A DNA stretch of 64,000 nucleotides, from the NCBI RefSeq assembly GCF_009914755.1, contig NC_060926.1; one strand, 5' to 3'. The position numbers and the translations under genes were made by a program. Below, piece after piece: positions 62,524-64,000 of the stretch (its first letter is position 1; each line of letters opens with the position of its first letter). The DNA comes from the human T2T-CHM13v2.0 reference genome, Homo sapiens. Under the pieces are notes generated by a model that saw only the letters and a list, made by a program, of their open reading frames with translations, did not search any database and had not been told where the DNA came from.

Positions 62524-64000
62524 AATTCTCACTTCTCATGGCAGAGGGACTCAGGAGGCAGAAAGAAAACCTTCCTTTTATCCTTCCAGAAATTCCCAGT
62601 TGGAAGACTATATAGGAAGTTCATGGTGCTGGATTTCTTCCTGCCTTCCATGCTGTTCCCATCCCCCAGTTGGTTTTAGCTCTTCCTGCTGCCTCAATAT
62701 GTGGCTGTAATCCAGATTCTCCAGCCTCCATTCACATGAATTTTCCTATACCTCATCCGTGCCCCACCTTCAACTAGAGTTTTCCTGTGCAGGGATATGT
62801 CCTGATCCGCACCACTGGTCTTTATCTCTCCTGAGTTTGTCCTGAACTTCCAGCTGTTGAACCATAGACAATGGTTTGACTCAATAGCTCTAAAGCCAGC
62901 CGGTCCATCTGTTCTTAATCTTACCTCTGTTCCACTCAAGATACCTGGAGTTCACTTCAATTCCTTGGTCTCCTGTTTCTTCCACACGCTGTCAGCCAGG
63001 CAAGTCATCCTTTGTGGTATCTCTTGCATCCTTCGAGATGTCTCTTGCGTCTATTTCATCTTTTTATATCCAGTACTTTCACCCAAGGGCAGATCTTCAT
63101 CTGAGCATTTATTCATGTCTTCAAAAATAATTACTGCATAGCTCTTGAGTTCCAAGAGCTGTCAGAGATGCCGATCAGAGTTTGGGTCACTCTAGCTGCT
63201 GTAGGGGAATAGGCTGTAGAATGGCAGGAGAGGAGGTGGGGGCACTGGCTGGGAGGCTGGTATAGTTGCAGCTGTGAGAGGCAATGATGCCTCTTGGTCA
63301 GGTGGTTGCCGTGGAGATGGGGAGATGTGGGCAGACTTGGGCTGTGAGCGTAGGCTCCTGAAAGAGTCTCCTGCCATTCCATATCCCTCATGAAGCCTCC
63401 CCTGCCACTCTGGTGCCTAAGATCATCACTCTCCTTTGAGTCTGCAGTGCCTCCATTGGCCCTTTGCCTGTGTAACCAAATATATCCTTTCTCTAAGCAG
63501 TGATTTTTGAGCTTTTTATAAAAGGGACCTCTTGAAAACATGAAGAAAGTCCACACACCTTTTCCCCAGAGAATGTTCCTTCCCATGAAAGTTTACAAAC
63601 AACTGCAGGGTGTTTAACCATGGGGTCCCTGTTCCCTAGGCTAAGGACTCTATTATCTCTGTCACCCACAAGCCAACCTCTCACTTCTTTCCATCTTCTT
63701 CTCTTATTGTATTTCAGTGGGCACAGAAGATGCTCCAGACATACATTTCCTTGATGGCACCCTCATTCCTGATAACTTCCTTTGGAAATGCATGACATTC
63801 ACTTGTCCATTTTTGTAAAGTCATGCAAAATTTGGTTTGAAATGTTCTAAAATAACCTAAGAATGTGGTTGGCTTAATGGTTCAATTTGGAGCACCTCTT
63901 TGGGCCAAGGGATTGGAGAGGAGGAGCTGTGGTCAGAGTTAGGTCTGCTGGCACTGCAGATAAACAAATGTTTTCAATGTGAATTGTGCTGTATAAAGGT

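Overview
Human (primate) genomic DNA lying entirely inside the minus-strand gene IQCA1/DRC11, a dynein-regulatory-complex IQ/AAA protein known to map to 2q37. Seven internal coding exons splice in frame with GT-AG boundaries: 49743-49818, 42573-42679, 42305-42400, 30898-30965, 27520-27602, 18611-18718 and 14195-14394. The last of these carries the AAA Walker A. The rest is intron, containing a full-length but dead L1PA2/3-type element, a twin-primed inverted L1 nested in an Alu, an RPL3 processed pseudogene, about 9 Alus, MaLR/ERVL LTRs, Tigger and piggyBac MITEs, old L1/L2/MIR/CR1 fragments and a T-free 44-bp VNTR. Three structures stand out. (1) A 3.05-kb palindrome (6554-9607) has 745-bp arms at 98.3% identity around a self-symmetric AT-rich core (PATRR-like), with a chain of micro-hairpins at its outer junction. 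(2) An IQCA1 exon begins with 9 nt identical to the upstream donor (GTGAGTACA), so splicing regenerates a 5' splice site; it is a candidate in-frame recursive-splicing exon. (3) A multi-step templated-insertion scar sits at 40932-41174. Repeat subfamily names come from recalled consensus features, not from a search. Nearly all ORFs in the supplied track are spurious.
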